From contig NC_043000.1 of assembly GCF_006345805.1 (NCBI RefSeq), positions 64,480,001 through 64,544,000 of the forward strand: a DNA stretch of 64,000 nt. Direction: 5' to 3'. A model generated the notes under the pieces. That model was given only the letters and a program-made list of their open reading frames with translations. It did not search any database and was not told the origin of the DNA. This document shows positions 1 to 11,529 of this stretch, one piece after another. The DNA comes from Octopus sinensis. Its lineage: Eukaryota. The number at the start of each line of letters is the position of its first letter. Position 1 is the first letter of the stretch. Made by a program: the position numbers and the translations under genes.

Positions 1-13
1 ACTTTTATACACA

Positions 14-559
14 ATATATATATATATACACTATATACAATATTTATATATACAATATACAAACATATACAATATATAATATATATATATACACACAATA
101 TACAATATGTATATATATATAAACACTATACAATATATATGTATACACACAGTATACAATATATATATACACATAGTATACAATATATATATACACATAG
201 TATACAATATATATATATACATACACAGTATACAATATATATATAGACATAGTATACAATATATATATATACATACACAGTATACAATATATATATACAC
301 ATAGTATACAATATATATATATACATAGTATACAATATATAATATATACATACACAGTATACAATATATATATATACATACACAGTATACAATATATATA
401 TACACATAGTATACAATATATATATACACATAGTATACAATATATATATATACATACACAGTATACAATATATATATACATATACACAGTATACAATATA
501 TACACACAGTATACTATATATATATACATATACACAGTATACAATATATACACACAGTA

Positions 560-617
<58 letters not shown>

Positions 618-888
618 CACAGTATACAATATATATATATACACACACTATACAATATATATATATATATACATATACAGTATACTATATATATATATAT
701 ATACATATACACAGTATACTATATATATATATACATATAACATATATACAGTATACTATATATATATATACATATATACATATATACAGTATACTATATA
801 TATATATATACATATACACAGTATACTATATATATATATATATACATATACACAGTATACTATATATATATATACATATACACAGTAC

Positions 889-936
<48 letters not shown>

Positions 937-1078
937 GTATACTATATATATATATATATATACACATACACAATATATATATATAATATATACACACATA
1001 CACAATATATATATATATATATATATACATACACAATATATATAGATATATATATATATACACATACACAATATACAA

Positions 1079-1122
<44 letters not shown>

Positions 1123-1165
1123 TACAATACACACACACACATACAATATATCTATACACACATGC
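14..1165. repeat. (TA)n-derived micro/minisatellite with ~24-28 bp degenerate units (atatatatatacatacacagtatacaat-like)
   Basis: Direct reading; the Y/I/C/V-rich ORFs here are translations of the repeat. Confidence 0.95.
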
Positions 1166-3203
1166 ATACATATACACTAGTGTAGAAAAATCTATCCATC
1201 TGTCTTTCAATCTATCTGCTTCCCCACTCTACCTACTTGCCTGCCTGCTTAAAACCTACCTACCTACCCACCACTTTCATTCCTCCCTATTTACTTACCC
1301 ACCTTTCTACTTACTTAATATCATGCACAGCATACACATACATACACACACGCTTATACAGTGCACACACATATTCATACACACTTATACAGAACATACA
1401 CATACTCACGCATACACTCACTCACTCACTCTCTCTCTCTCTCTCTCTCACGTATATTTGTAAGTCAACCTGCCCTTCGGTGAAAGTGATGTTAGACCTA
1501 TTTATTGCTTTACCTTTCCCTGGTTTGTAATGATATTACAAGGTGAATCCTATGATCAGTTTTAAAGACATTAAACGGGAAACTTAGTTGATTAAAAGAG
1601 TGAACACACCAGTTTACACACACACAAAACATTTACTATGGATTCGGTAAAACCAGATCCAGTATGGGAGACTTACTTTTTTTTTTTTTTTTTTTTAAAA
1701 AGACAAAATTGTCTGATGTTATTCAGCACCAAGTCAGCCCTGATCGAACAGGCTTACGATCAAAGGCATCCAACTGTGACCATCCCATTTATTTCCAGGC
1801 ATTATCCTGGATTACATTATCAAATATGTTCATTATTTTATAAATAGGTGGGTGAGATTTGAGGGCGATCTGGCTGCGATATCAGAGCGTGTCGAATGAT
1901 AACAACTTACATTATCATGTCTTTTCCGTGCACTGCACAGGTGTACACTTTCTCATTGGTATTCGTTCATCTTGGTCTAAATAATCAGGGTTAAACATGT
2001 CTATACACGCGCCCAAGAAACATGTCGGGAAGAAAGAGACTGCTCAACATGGCCGTTCGCCTTGCTAGAAATAGCAACTAAATCTTTCAAATCACACCAT
2101 ACCGTCTTTAAAAGTGGAGACGTCTGTATCCAGAAAAATACAGTCTTGGATATGATTGAATTATATTAAACAAAAAGCGTCAGGCATGATTAAGGCTTGA
2201 ACACCTTTGATAGATCTGCGTAATTAAGTTTGACTTAGGGTTAAACACAACATTAAAACAATACTCGTACGCTTATTCACAATGTACTTTTATCTAATAG
2301 CTTTACGTCCCAATCCTCCACCCTTGCTTAACGCTCAGAGGGATTCATCATAATAAAATTTCACAACTTTTTCTCATTAGTCTGTATCCTAGGAAACCGA
2401 GCTGCACTCCCAAAGAAAATAGAACCAACGAGGGAACGATTGAACGAGCCCTCAACATGTTCGTTAGACCTATTAGAAATAACATCTAAATCTTCTTCAA
2501 ATCGTATCCAGTAGACTAAAAAAAAAAATGAAGGAAGGAAATAGGAAAAAGAACGTCTTGGATAACAAAGGCGTGAAAATAAGACAGCATTTTCTCAATT
2601 GGTATGTCTTTGATCTTAGGTCTGTTCGATCAAGACTGGCCTACATGTAAACAACAACAACAAAAATAAGCCCAGAGAACTAGATCTATTTTCTCAGAAG
2701 GCACAGCTCAAAATACATCCATCCTATCACTGAGATTCCACACATACCATACAACCGAATCTTATAAAGGTCACGAAATCTCCAATTCTGGGGGTGGGGG
2801 GAAGGAAAGAAAAACATTTATGTACCAAGAAACAAAGGCAGCTTTTGTGTGGTCCTTCAAACTGCTCGAAATAGCAGCAAGATTTTCTCTTGAATTACAT
2901 CTTTAAAAGAAAGATGATGTCCATCACTAAATTAGAAAATGTAGAATTAGATATATGATGCCTAAAAATAGACTGAATGGTCAAAGCTGCAAAGCTTTCG
3001 GTTATAAGTCTTCTCGATCGGATTGACACAAATATATATATATCATCATAATACGCATTAGCAGAAGTTGTTGGAGCGTCGAGTATTTGTTCCTGTGCTA
3101 TGAGTTTAAAATCAGCCGAGTTCAACTAAACTTTTCACTCTTTTGGGGGTCAACAGCTAAAGTGCCAGGCCAGGATTGTGGATCTGTAGGATTTTTTTCG
3201 ACA

Positions 3204-3347
3204 GTACATTATTTACATTTGACGGATATTTGTCCTCATCTTGTTTGTTGTTAACACAAAGTTTCGGCTGATATACCCTTCAGCCTTCATCAGGTGTCTT
3301 GGGGAAATTCCAAACCGGGGTTCTCATTCCTAAGGTATTTTTCGATG
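3204..3347 (-). mobile_element. Penelope-like element terminal (pLTR) fragment carrying a hammerhead motif
   Basis: Reverse complement matches 55490-55645; contains a CTGATGA...GAAA core and abuts a trinucleotide tract. Confidence 0.7.
3253..3298 (-). ncRNA. Minimal type I hammerhead ribozyme motif (degenerate)
   Basis: Minus strand reads GACAC-CUGAUGA-A-GGCUG(10 nt)CAGCC-GAAACUUU-GUGUU; stems I and II pair, but the stem III palindrome ACGU is changed to ACUU. Confidence 0.7.
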
Positions 3348-3439
3348 ATGATCTTGTTGTTGTAACAACAACAACAATAACAACAACAACTACTGCTACT
3401 GCTACTACTACTATACTACTACTACTACTACTCTATTAT

Positions 3440-4221
3440 CAACTCATATACGGTTAGGATTGGTTTTTCCAACACCAAAAATATCTTACAAATTATCTTT
3501 TCACATAATAACAACCTATTAAATATTAAATACATTTACTAATACTAACATTAATTTAGCTAATACCATCCATCCCTCTAGAAATATTAATAACAAGGTT
3601 ATTGTATCTGAAGTCAATTCCAACAGAATTAAGTTTATGTCAAGTAACTCTAAAATTAAAAATTCTATATACCAGTGTATAATCAATACTCATAATAAAG
3701 TACGATTTTACATTGGAAGCACGTTGTTACAGTTATCTAAAAGAATTTCTAACTATTACTCAACATTTAGGGATAGGAATAAACATAACAGTACAGGGCT
3801 CAGTAAATTAATTTGGGATCTAAAAGACCACAATGAACAATTTAATTTAGAATGGTTGATTCTCTCAATCTCGATACCTTATGACAAAGGCAAGGAATTC
3901 TGTTTACTCTGTAATTCTCTGAACTATTTTTCCTTATTTTTTCTCAAAATCCCCTAGTAAACACGGTTATAGAGCTTGCATACCGATGTAAACATTGGCA
4001 AAAACACACCTTTAGTTCATATAACTAATCTCTATTATATATAATTTAAACATTAATTTTTTTTTATATTAAACATTCACTAAAAAAATATCCCTCCTCT
4101 TTCTGACGTTATATCATATAACGTTTTTTCAAACAATATTAATAGCGTTCAGTAAACCACTATATATATCCATCGTTTTCTGTTAAAATGTCTTATTGAC
4201 GAGTTTCATTTCTTCCCTGAA
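3440..4221 (+). pseudogene. Penelope-like retroelement 3' fragment: linker plus GIY-YIG endonuclease and 3' UTR
   Basis: TVRIGFSNTKNILQIIFSHNNNLL linker; ORF 3637-3957 has IYQC...FYIGST...KRISN...STGLSKLIWDLKD...EWLIL...PY...CLLC; a second frame continues IELAYRCKH, matching PLE GIY-YIG C-termini. Confidence 0.8.
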
Positions 4222-4850
4222 GAGAAGATAACTCGTCCAAGAAAATAACATTCTTCCACTGCTCTAGGGACAATTCTGTAGGTTTTTACTCCACTCTAAA
4301 CACTTGCTTTTGAAAGAAGTGGTTTTCCGATTGCAGCCCTCCCGTGAAATCCGGCTTTGTGCAGCTCCCGGCGTAGTTTTTTTTTGTGGAAACTGGGTTC
4401 TCGTAGTGGCCATTAAGCTCTGCAGTAATTTTGGGAGCTGTACTTTTGTCATCCTTTCTAACAATTCCGACGGTACCTATCTGCAAGTTTTGGTTTTCTT
4501 CCGTAGTTTTGTTTCGACGAGGAGATTTTTCCCTCTTTCTCATAGGCATGATTGCTTTCGAGACAATACTTCTTGATACACGAAGCATTTCGGCTGTTTT
4601 CGTTACGCTAGCGCCTGCCATACGAACATCAACAATTTGACCTCATTGAAAGTCCGATAGATCTGTCATATTAATAAATTTTGGATACCTTTTACTGATG
4701 ATATCTGAAAAGAAACAGCAATTTTAGCAAAACATATTAAGCATCACTAATAATAAATGATATAACATAAAAATAAACAAGCTTTTGACGGTCTTATAGA
4801 TATTTCAGAAGTATGATGCTAGGTGTTTCCATTATTTTGTCCAACCCCTA
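4222..4850 (-). mobile_element. Tc1-family DNA transposon, 5' half only (one TIR, HTH region, up to the first catalytic D)
   Basis: MAGASVTKTAEMLRVSRS...IVRKDDKSTAPKITAELN...ENPVSTK; QWKNVIFLDE near 4230-4260; TIR-like GGTGTTTCCATTATTTTGTCCAACCCCT at 4822-4849; frameshifted. Confidence 0.85.
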
Positions 4851-4854
4851 TTTG

Positions 4855-5065
4855 TACTATATATGTATATATACATATATATACACATACATAACATATA
4901 TACATATATATACACATATATACAGATATATACATATATATACACATATATACAGATATATACATATATATACACATATATACAGATATATACACATATA
5001 TACAGATATATACATATATATACACATATATACAGATATATACATATATATACACATATATACAG

Positions 5066-5146
<81 letters not shown>

Positions 5147-5153
5147 CACACAC

Positions 5154-5198
<45 letters not shown>

Positions 5199-5538
5199 CA
5201 CACACACACACATATATATATATATACACACACACATATATATATATACACACACACACACACATATATATATACACACACACACACATATATATACCAC
5301 ACACACACACCATATATATAACACACACACACATATATATACACCACACACACACACACATATATATACACACACACACACACCATATATATACACACAC
5401 AACACACACACATATATATAACACACACACACACACATATATACACACACACACACACACATATATACACACACACACACACACATATATACACACACAC
5501 ACACACACATATATACACACACACACACACACATATAT

Positions 5539-5573
<35 letters not shown>

Positions 5574-5584
5574 CACACACTTAT

Positions 5585-5621
<37 letters not shown>
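4855..5621. repeat. Compound (TA)n/(CA)n microsatellite
   Basis: Direct reading. Confidence 0.95.
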
Positions 5622-5622
<1 letters not shown>

Positions 5623-6575
5623 TTCGAACGGAGATGGACTACACGGACTACTTAGCCATTGGGACCGGTGTATGGCGAGGGTGCATTGTATCCCCACTCC
5701 TGTTTTTTATGGCGATCAACTTCGCCATGCGCGGGACGATGTGCTAACGCGGATTTGGGATTCCGTGATGTTGGTCGGGGCGTCTGACTGACCTCGACTT
5801 CGCGGATGACATCGCGCTTTTCGGAGTGACGAAGAATGTTATTCGCACAATGACAGAGAGATTAGAACGGGAGGCGGCGAAGATCGAACTCTGCATATGT
5901 GCTAACAAGACGAAGATCATGAGCATTGGGTATGTCGATGGGAACAACAATGGCGTCTCCTTGATGATTGGACAACACCAAATCGAGGAAGTTGATGAGT
6001 CCACCTATTTGAGCAGCGTCGTTGCCAACGACGGAAACGCCGAACGCGACGTTGCCTGCCTCAGCTGTGTTTCAAAAGACTTAAACCCATCTAGGCAGGC
6101 AGGGCGATCTCCACCATGACCAAAGTGCGCCTGTGCAACAGCATCGTTATACCATCGGCAATATATGCGGCGGAAACGTGGAAGACATCAGCAAAGATCG
6201 CGCGAAGGCTCAATGTATTTCAGCTACGATGCCTCCGGCGAATACTGCGAATATTATACCAGGACCACATCACCAATGGTGAAATACATCGCCGAACTTA
6301 TACCCGTTCTCTCCATGACGTTGTCACTGAGCGCTGCATGCGATTCGCAGGTCATGTCCCCCGATTATCATCGTTGCGGCATGCGAAAACCACCATTCTG
6401 TGAGAGCCACCACATGGCAGGAGAAAACAAGGGCGACCAAAAGTGACTTGGCACTTCACCTTCATCGATGATCTCAAAGCTATTGACATTTCATGGGATG
6501 AAGCTGAAATGCAACGGCCGATCGACCCCGTTGGAGAAGCCTCGCTGCCCAATGCAGGAGGTCCTAAAACTAAGA
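5622..6575 (+). mobile_element. RTE-clade LINE, 5'-truncated RT/C-terminal fragment with frameshifts
   Basis: [13 protein letters not shown] (YADD-type motif), ANKTKIM, TYLSSVV, IYAAETW, FQLRCLRRIL, RFAGHV, GRPKVTW. Confidence 0.88.
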
Positions 6576-7609
6576 CACATATATATATAGGTAATACTTT
6601 ATCAGAGGAATGTTAAGATTCTCTCAAAATCGTAAATCGGTTACATTTTCCATAAACCAATTTTAACCCTGGAGGTGGTTTATTTATTCTAAACTATGTC
6701 GAAAGTAAAAGTTAAAATGCAGACCGTGAGTCATCAGCAGAATCTATATGTCGCTGAGTGACTAATAAAACATCATGGTGAAGTATGTGAAAGAACAGGA
6801 ACCTAGTTCCAATGTTTATCTAATTTATTTATTTAAAAATATTCCAAGTCAAAATTTAGATGTGTCTTTGAGATTGGAGCATTCTAGAAGTCAAGAAATA
6901 CTGTATCTCTTGAAATTATTTTGTGAAATTATTTGTGCAGCACTAAGCTATAATTTATTCAACTTATACCTAAATCCGGCACTAACTACCAACTTCCAGA
7001 AAAATCACCTCCTTTCTTAGAAAATATTTAGTTATTTTCACAGGCAGGTTGTTTTTCTTTCTTTCCTTATATCTTATAACATCAGACGTTGACACGAATT
7101 ATCTGGTGTGAACAAGAAAGCAGCGGGAAAATGACTGTCTCAAGATGCTGCTGTTATTTATCCCAAAGAAGCAAAGACGCTCAAGCTGTGATCATCCTGT
7201 CCTTATTCAAAATATAGTATATCGACAACTAACATGCATACTTCCATTTTTAACGACGGTATGCTATGCTTTGTGGGGAGAATTGGTTACTATTTCTTAT
7301 AAGTCGAGCTACCGCACAACAGTTCCCATCACTATTAATACGATGGCGATGATAGTGATTTATCTTTTATACGTTTGCCACTCCCAAGCTGGGTTTTCAA
7401 TGGACACCCAGGGCTGTTGGCTAGAACAACTAGTTTGTCATTTCCTGATGGGAATATTATCATTAATTCTATGTATTAATAAATATTTCTCACAGAGGCG
7501 TGGAGCCAACAAATAAACAATAAGAGATATTCTCGTTTAATGCACACATCAAATTAATTAATATCTATCAATAATCATTGTTACCATTGTTACCATTATT
7601 ATTATTATT

Positions 7610-8138
7610 GAGTGAGAGAGCGGTGCATGCCATCAAAGTGACACTGGGGTAAAATATACGAAGCCCAATATACCCATCATGACTACCCGTCTGATAAGGG
7701 TACACCAGGCACATGCATCACAACCATATGTGCGCGACATGGTGATCTCATATCAAGATAAACAGCACATGACCTTGCAGGTGGGGCCCAGTTAGAATTT
7801 TCTTCAGGTTGAGTAGCCCATCCCGCTCAAAACGTCCCTGAATAAGGGTTGTTTAAGGATGTTGAAAGAACCACCCATGTTTCCAGAGGTGAATTATTCA
7901 AACTCCAAAGAATCCCTCTCAACACATGGCTATGATGCTCCACCACTACTTCTGCTCGTGATCAGAGATGCACATATCGTCAGCCACTAAGGGACATGTT
8001 CAACTGGTTATGGTCAAACAACTGACAAGCAAATCTGTGGTATTGAGCAGAATATTTGCTGTAGCCCATCTTTTATACCAAGACAAAACAATGTACATGA
8101 TAACACTTCCAATCAGTTAAGATCAGAAGCCATGAGAG
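7610..8138 (-). mobile_element. ~530-bp non-coding retroposon-like element flanked on both sides by (ATT)n; same family as the 55676-57825 array
   Basis: Reverse complement aligns along its full length to 56134-56662; (ATT)n at 7595-7609 and 8139-8161. Confidence 0.85.
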
Positions 8139-8454
8139 TTATTATTATTATTATTATTATTAGTGTGAGTATGTGTGCTTGTATTCAGTAATTTCGTGTG
8201 AGATTTTCCCCTGGACCTTAGGAACAGTAATGTTTTTTGTGAAGTTGGAAGGATCTTCCTGTAATTTATGATTTTGCGTGTGTGAGGGTGGGGATTTGTT
8301 TCTTGCGCTGTTTTTGTGCTCCGTTCAACTGTCTGAGATGAGATATCCCTGAGTTATCGCCATCGAGGTAGAGAACCAGATACTGCAACAGCTTGGGTTT
8401 CAAGGATACACAGTTCTTCAATATCTCCCCAGCCCCACCCACCCCCAAATCCCG

Positions 8455-8690
8455 GGAGACCTGCATAATGTGGATGTATTTTCAAAGCAAAGCTGGATCA
8501 AGGTTCCAGATGACCCACCGTCACGGTAGGAAACGCAGATGAGGGGAGCAGTATCAAACTCCCTCATTCACAAAATGCCAGACATCAGAGGAAGTATTAA
8601 GTAGTGAAGGTGTAGCAAAGATAAAGGCGGTGGTCCAGCATGGCCCCAACTCTTGAGCTGAAACAAGTCAAAGAGTAAAGAGTTAAAGAG
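8455..8690 (+). mobile_element. Probable CR1/L2-group LINE 3' end followed by a SINE-like tail
   Basis: Frameshifted VDVFSKQSWIKVPDDP...QMRGAVSNSL resembles the C-terminus of CR1-group ORF2; tail ggcggtggtccagcatggcc...gaaacaag shared with SINE family B. Confidence 0.4.
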
Positions 8691-8694
8691 CTCT

Positions 8695-9385
8695 ATGTGT
8701 GTGCATTTCTACATACACATATGCATACACATACATGCATACTTACACATACATACACACACATATATATATAAACACATACATGCATACACACACATAT
8801 ATATACACATACATGCATACACACACAAATATAAACATACATGCACACACACATATATATACACATACATGCACACACACACATATATACACATATATAC
8901 ACATACACACACATATATACACATACATGCATATACACACATCTACACACACATGCATACACACATCTATACACACAAACATGCATACACATCTATACAC
9001 ACATACATGCATACTATTCTAAACACACACATGCATACACACACATCTATACACACATATGCATACACACACATCTATACACACACATATGCATAAACAC
9101 ACATCTATACACACAGATACATACACACATCTATACACATGCACACACACACATCTATACTCATACATGCATACACACACATCTATACACATACATGCAT
9201 ACACACACATCTATACACACACATGCATACACACACATCTATACACATACATACTTACACACACATATATACACATACACACACACATATATACACATAC
9301 ACACACACATATATACACATACACACACATATATACACATACACACACATACATGCATACATACATACGCACATACATACAAACC
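8695..9385. repeat. (CA)/(CATA)-rich minisatellite
   Basis: Direct reading. Confidence 0.95.
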
Positions 9386-11226
9386 ACACTAACTGGAAGG
9401 TGGTTGGTCGACTTGCTAGAACTACTCCCTAAAATTACATTACTCCCTACAATCTGAAAAAAGACACGCGCACGCATACACACTAGGTGGGTATAGCTCA
9501 TACAAGTGATATCAGTATTCGACCTGGCAGGGCTCAATACATTCCTGAATTGCGCAATATATGCATATATATGTAAGTGAACCGGTATTGTGTGTTTGTG
9601 TATGTGTAAAAATATAGAGAACGAGAAAGGGAGGGAAAGGAAGAAAGAGAGAGAGAGAGGGGGGGATTTATTAATAAATGTGTTATAAATAAGTGTGAAT
9701 AGAATTCTATTCAGAGATAAACCGCGATGACGACAGTGATGATGGCAAGGTAGAGGCCCTAATGTTTGAGGCAAAATATAAGTAGACCGTATGTTTATTT
9801 CTGACTTTTATATATTCGGATGTTGTTACATAAGTAATAGCTATCTCAAATTTCGCATAGTTGCGAACATTAGCTGTAGGTGCTAAGAATTAGAAAACCG
9901 AGGCACAAGAAATCAGTGTGGAAGAAGTAGAAGGTAGAAAAAAAGAAAGAAAAGGTTTAATATATGGAACCATAGTGCTATCTTTATTAGATGTTTCCAT
10001 CTTGCTATCATTGATACCCGCCATTTTGAGATAATCTGAGATTGGATTTTAGTATCAACTTACTTAAGAGATTCGGTTTCAGCCTTCAATTCCCTCTTAC
10101 ACCTATTATGTCCTCTTTCTTTCCTCTGTATACTATACATTCTGTAACAACGATTTCGTACAGATACTGCAAGATATTTTTTTTTTACCTGAAACCTGAG
10201 ACTCCTCTTTAGTTTTCTGAGTGGACGTTCTCATGTTCTCTACTCTTATTTGCTGATTCTAATCACATAACACTAACATTTCTATTAATACTAAAATACT
10301 CCAGAAAAAAATGAGGGGAATATTCTCATGCAGGAGTGCGATCGTACACTCTCACGGGTAAGTACATCCAAACTCAACTACAATCATACGGTATACACGA
10401 TGTTTATTTTTATATCTCTTAAAACAAGAGGGGAAGCGGCCATGATACTTGCTGGGTATACGAAACTAACAGGAGGAATAAATGGCTGCTTATAATTCAT
10501 ACTCTGGCCGGGCACTTGGTCTGAATATTTGCAGCAGAGAGCACTCCGCCGATGGCCAGCTGATGATTGTTTAGCTCTAGTTAAGCTCTTATCCGACTTA
10601 TGATCAAAGGATTCCAGCCATAAACAGCCTGTCTTGATTACATTATCCAATGTCTTTTTTTTTTTAATGACATGGTGGGATTAGAGAAGATTGATCTCCT
10701 ATTTCTAGCCGATCAGTTTCCTTCAAATCATTGGGCCACGAACCAGAAGACAGATTAAATCTACCTTTCAAGAATAGGTACAGTACAGATACACATGGTA
10801 GTGAAGTCGTGACCGAGTAAGGCCGCTTCATAGAATCAAAAATCTAAGATGTTGCTGTACGTGAATTTGGTTTGAGTAGGAACCCACTTTCCAGCGAAAA
10901 TACCATTGTACAACAGAGTTTCAGACAATCAGAAGCCAAATACACTTGAGGTCATTTTTAAAACTAGTTTGCTTTCTCTTAGAAATTCTAACGAGAACTA
11001 GCTGTCATTCATTCCCAGTGGTTCACATTCTAACTAACCCATAGCTAGGACCTGGTAGGTGCTACTACTCCGGGTCAGACTAAACCTGGCAACAAGTAGT
11101 GGTTCAAAGGTGCTTACACACACCTGAAAATCCTAGAACTCCTGTACCAGGGCTCCACTACTAGATGCTGTTTAGGGTCATACCAATGCAATACATACAT
11201 ACATAGGTACGAACGGACATGCGTAC

Positions 11227-11269
<43 letters not shown>

Positions 11270-11280
11270 GTATGTACATA

Positions 11281-11321
<41 letters not shown>

Positions 11322-11401
11322 TCAAAATAAAAAGAAAAGACGGAATGTACCAACAAAAATTGTTTCATTTTCATGATGCACTGCTCCCTTATAGGCGTAG
11401 A

Positions 11402-11448
<47 letters not shown>

Positions 11449-11529
11449 TATATACATGTACGTATGTATATAAATATGCAGGAACTACTTACACACAAAC
11501 ACAAGTAAGGACTAGACTAACAACCCGTA

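Noticed and set aside
31-1210. Long Y/I/C/V/T-rich ORFs (also at 4813-5608, 8693-9457, 40063-40597, 47446-48477, 59704-60371)
   Set aside because: They are translations of dinucleotide/tetranucleotide repeats that happen to lack stops
2895-3125. Minus-strand ORF containing AYYDDIYIF, resembling an RT YxDD motif
   Set aside because: No supporting neighbouring RT motifs; too weak to call
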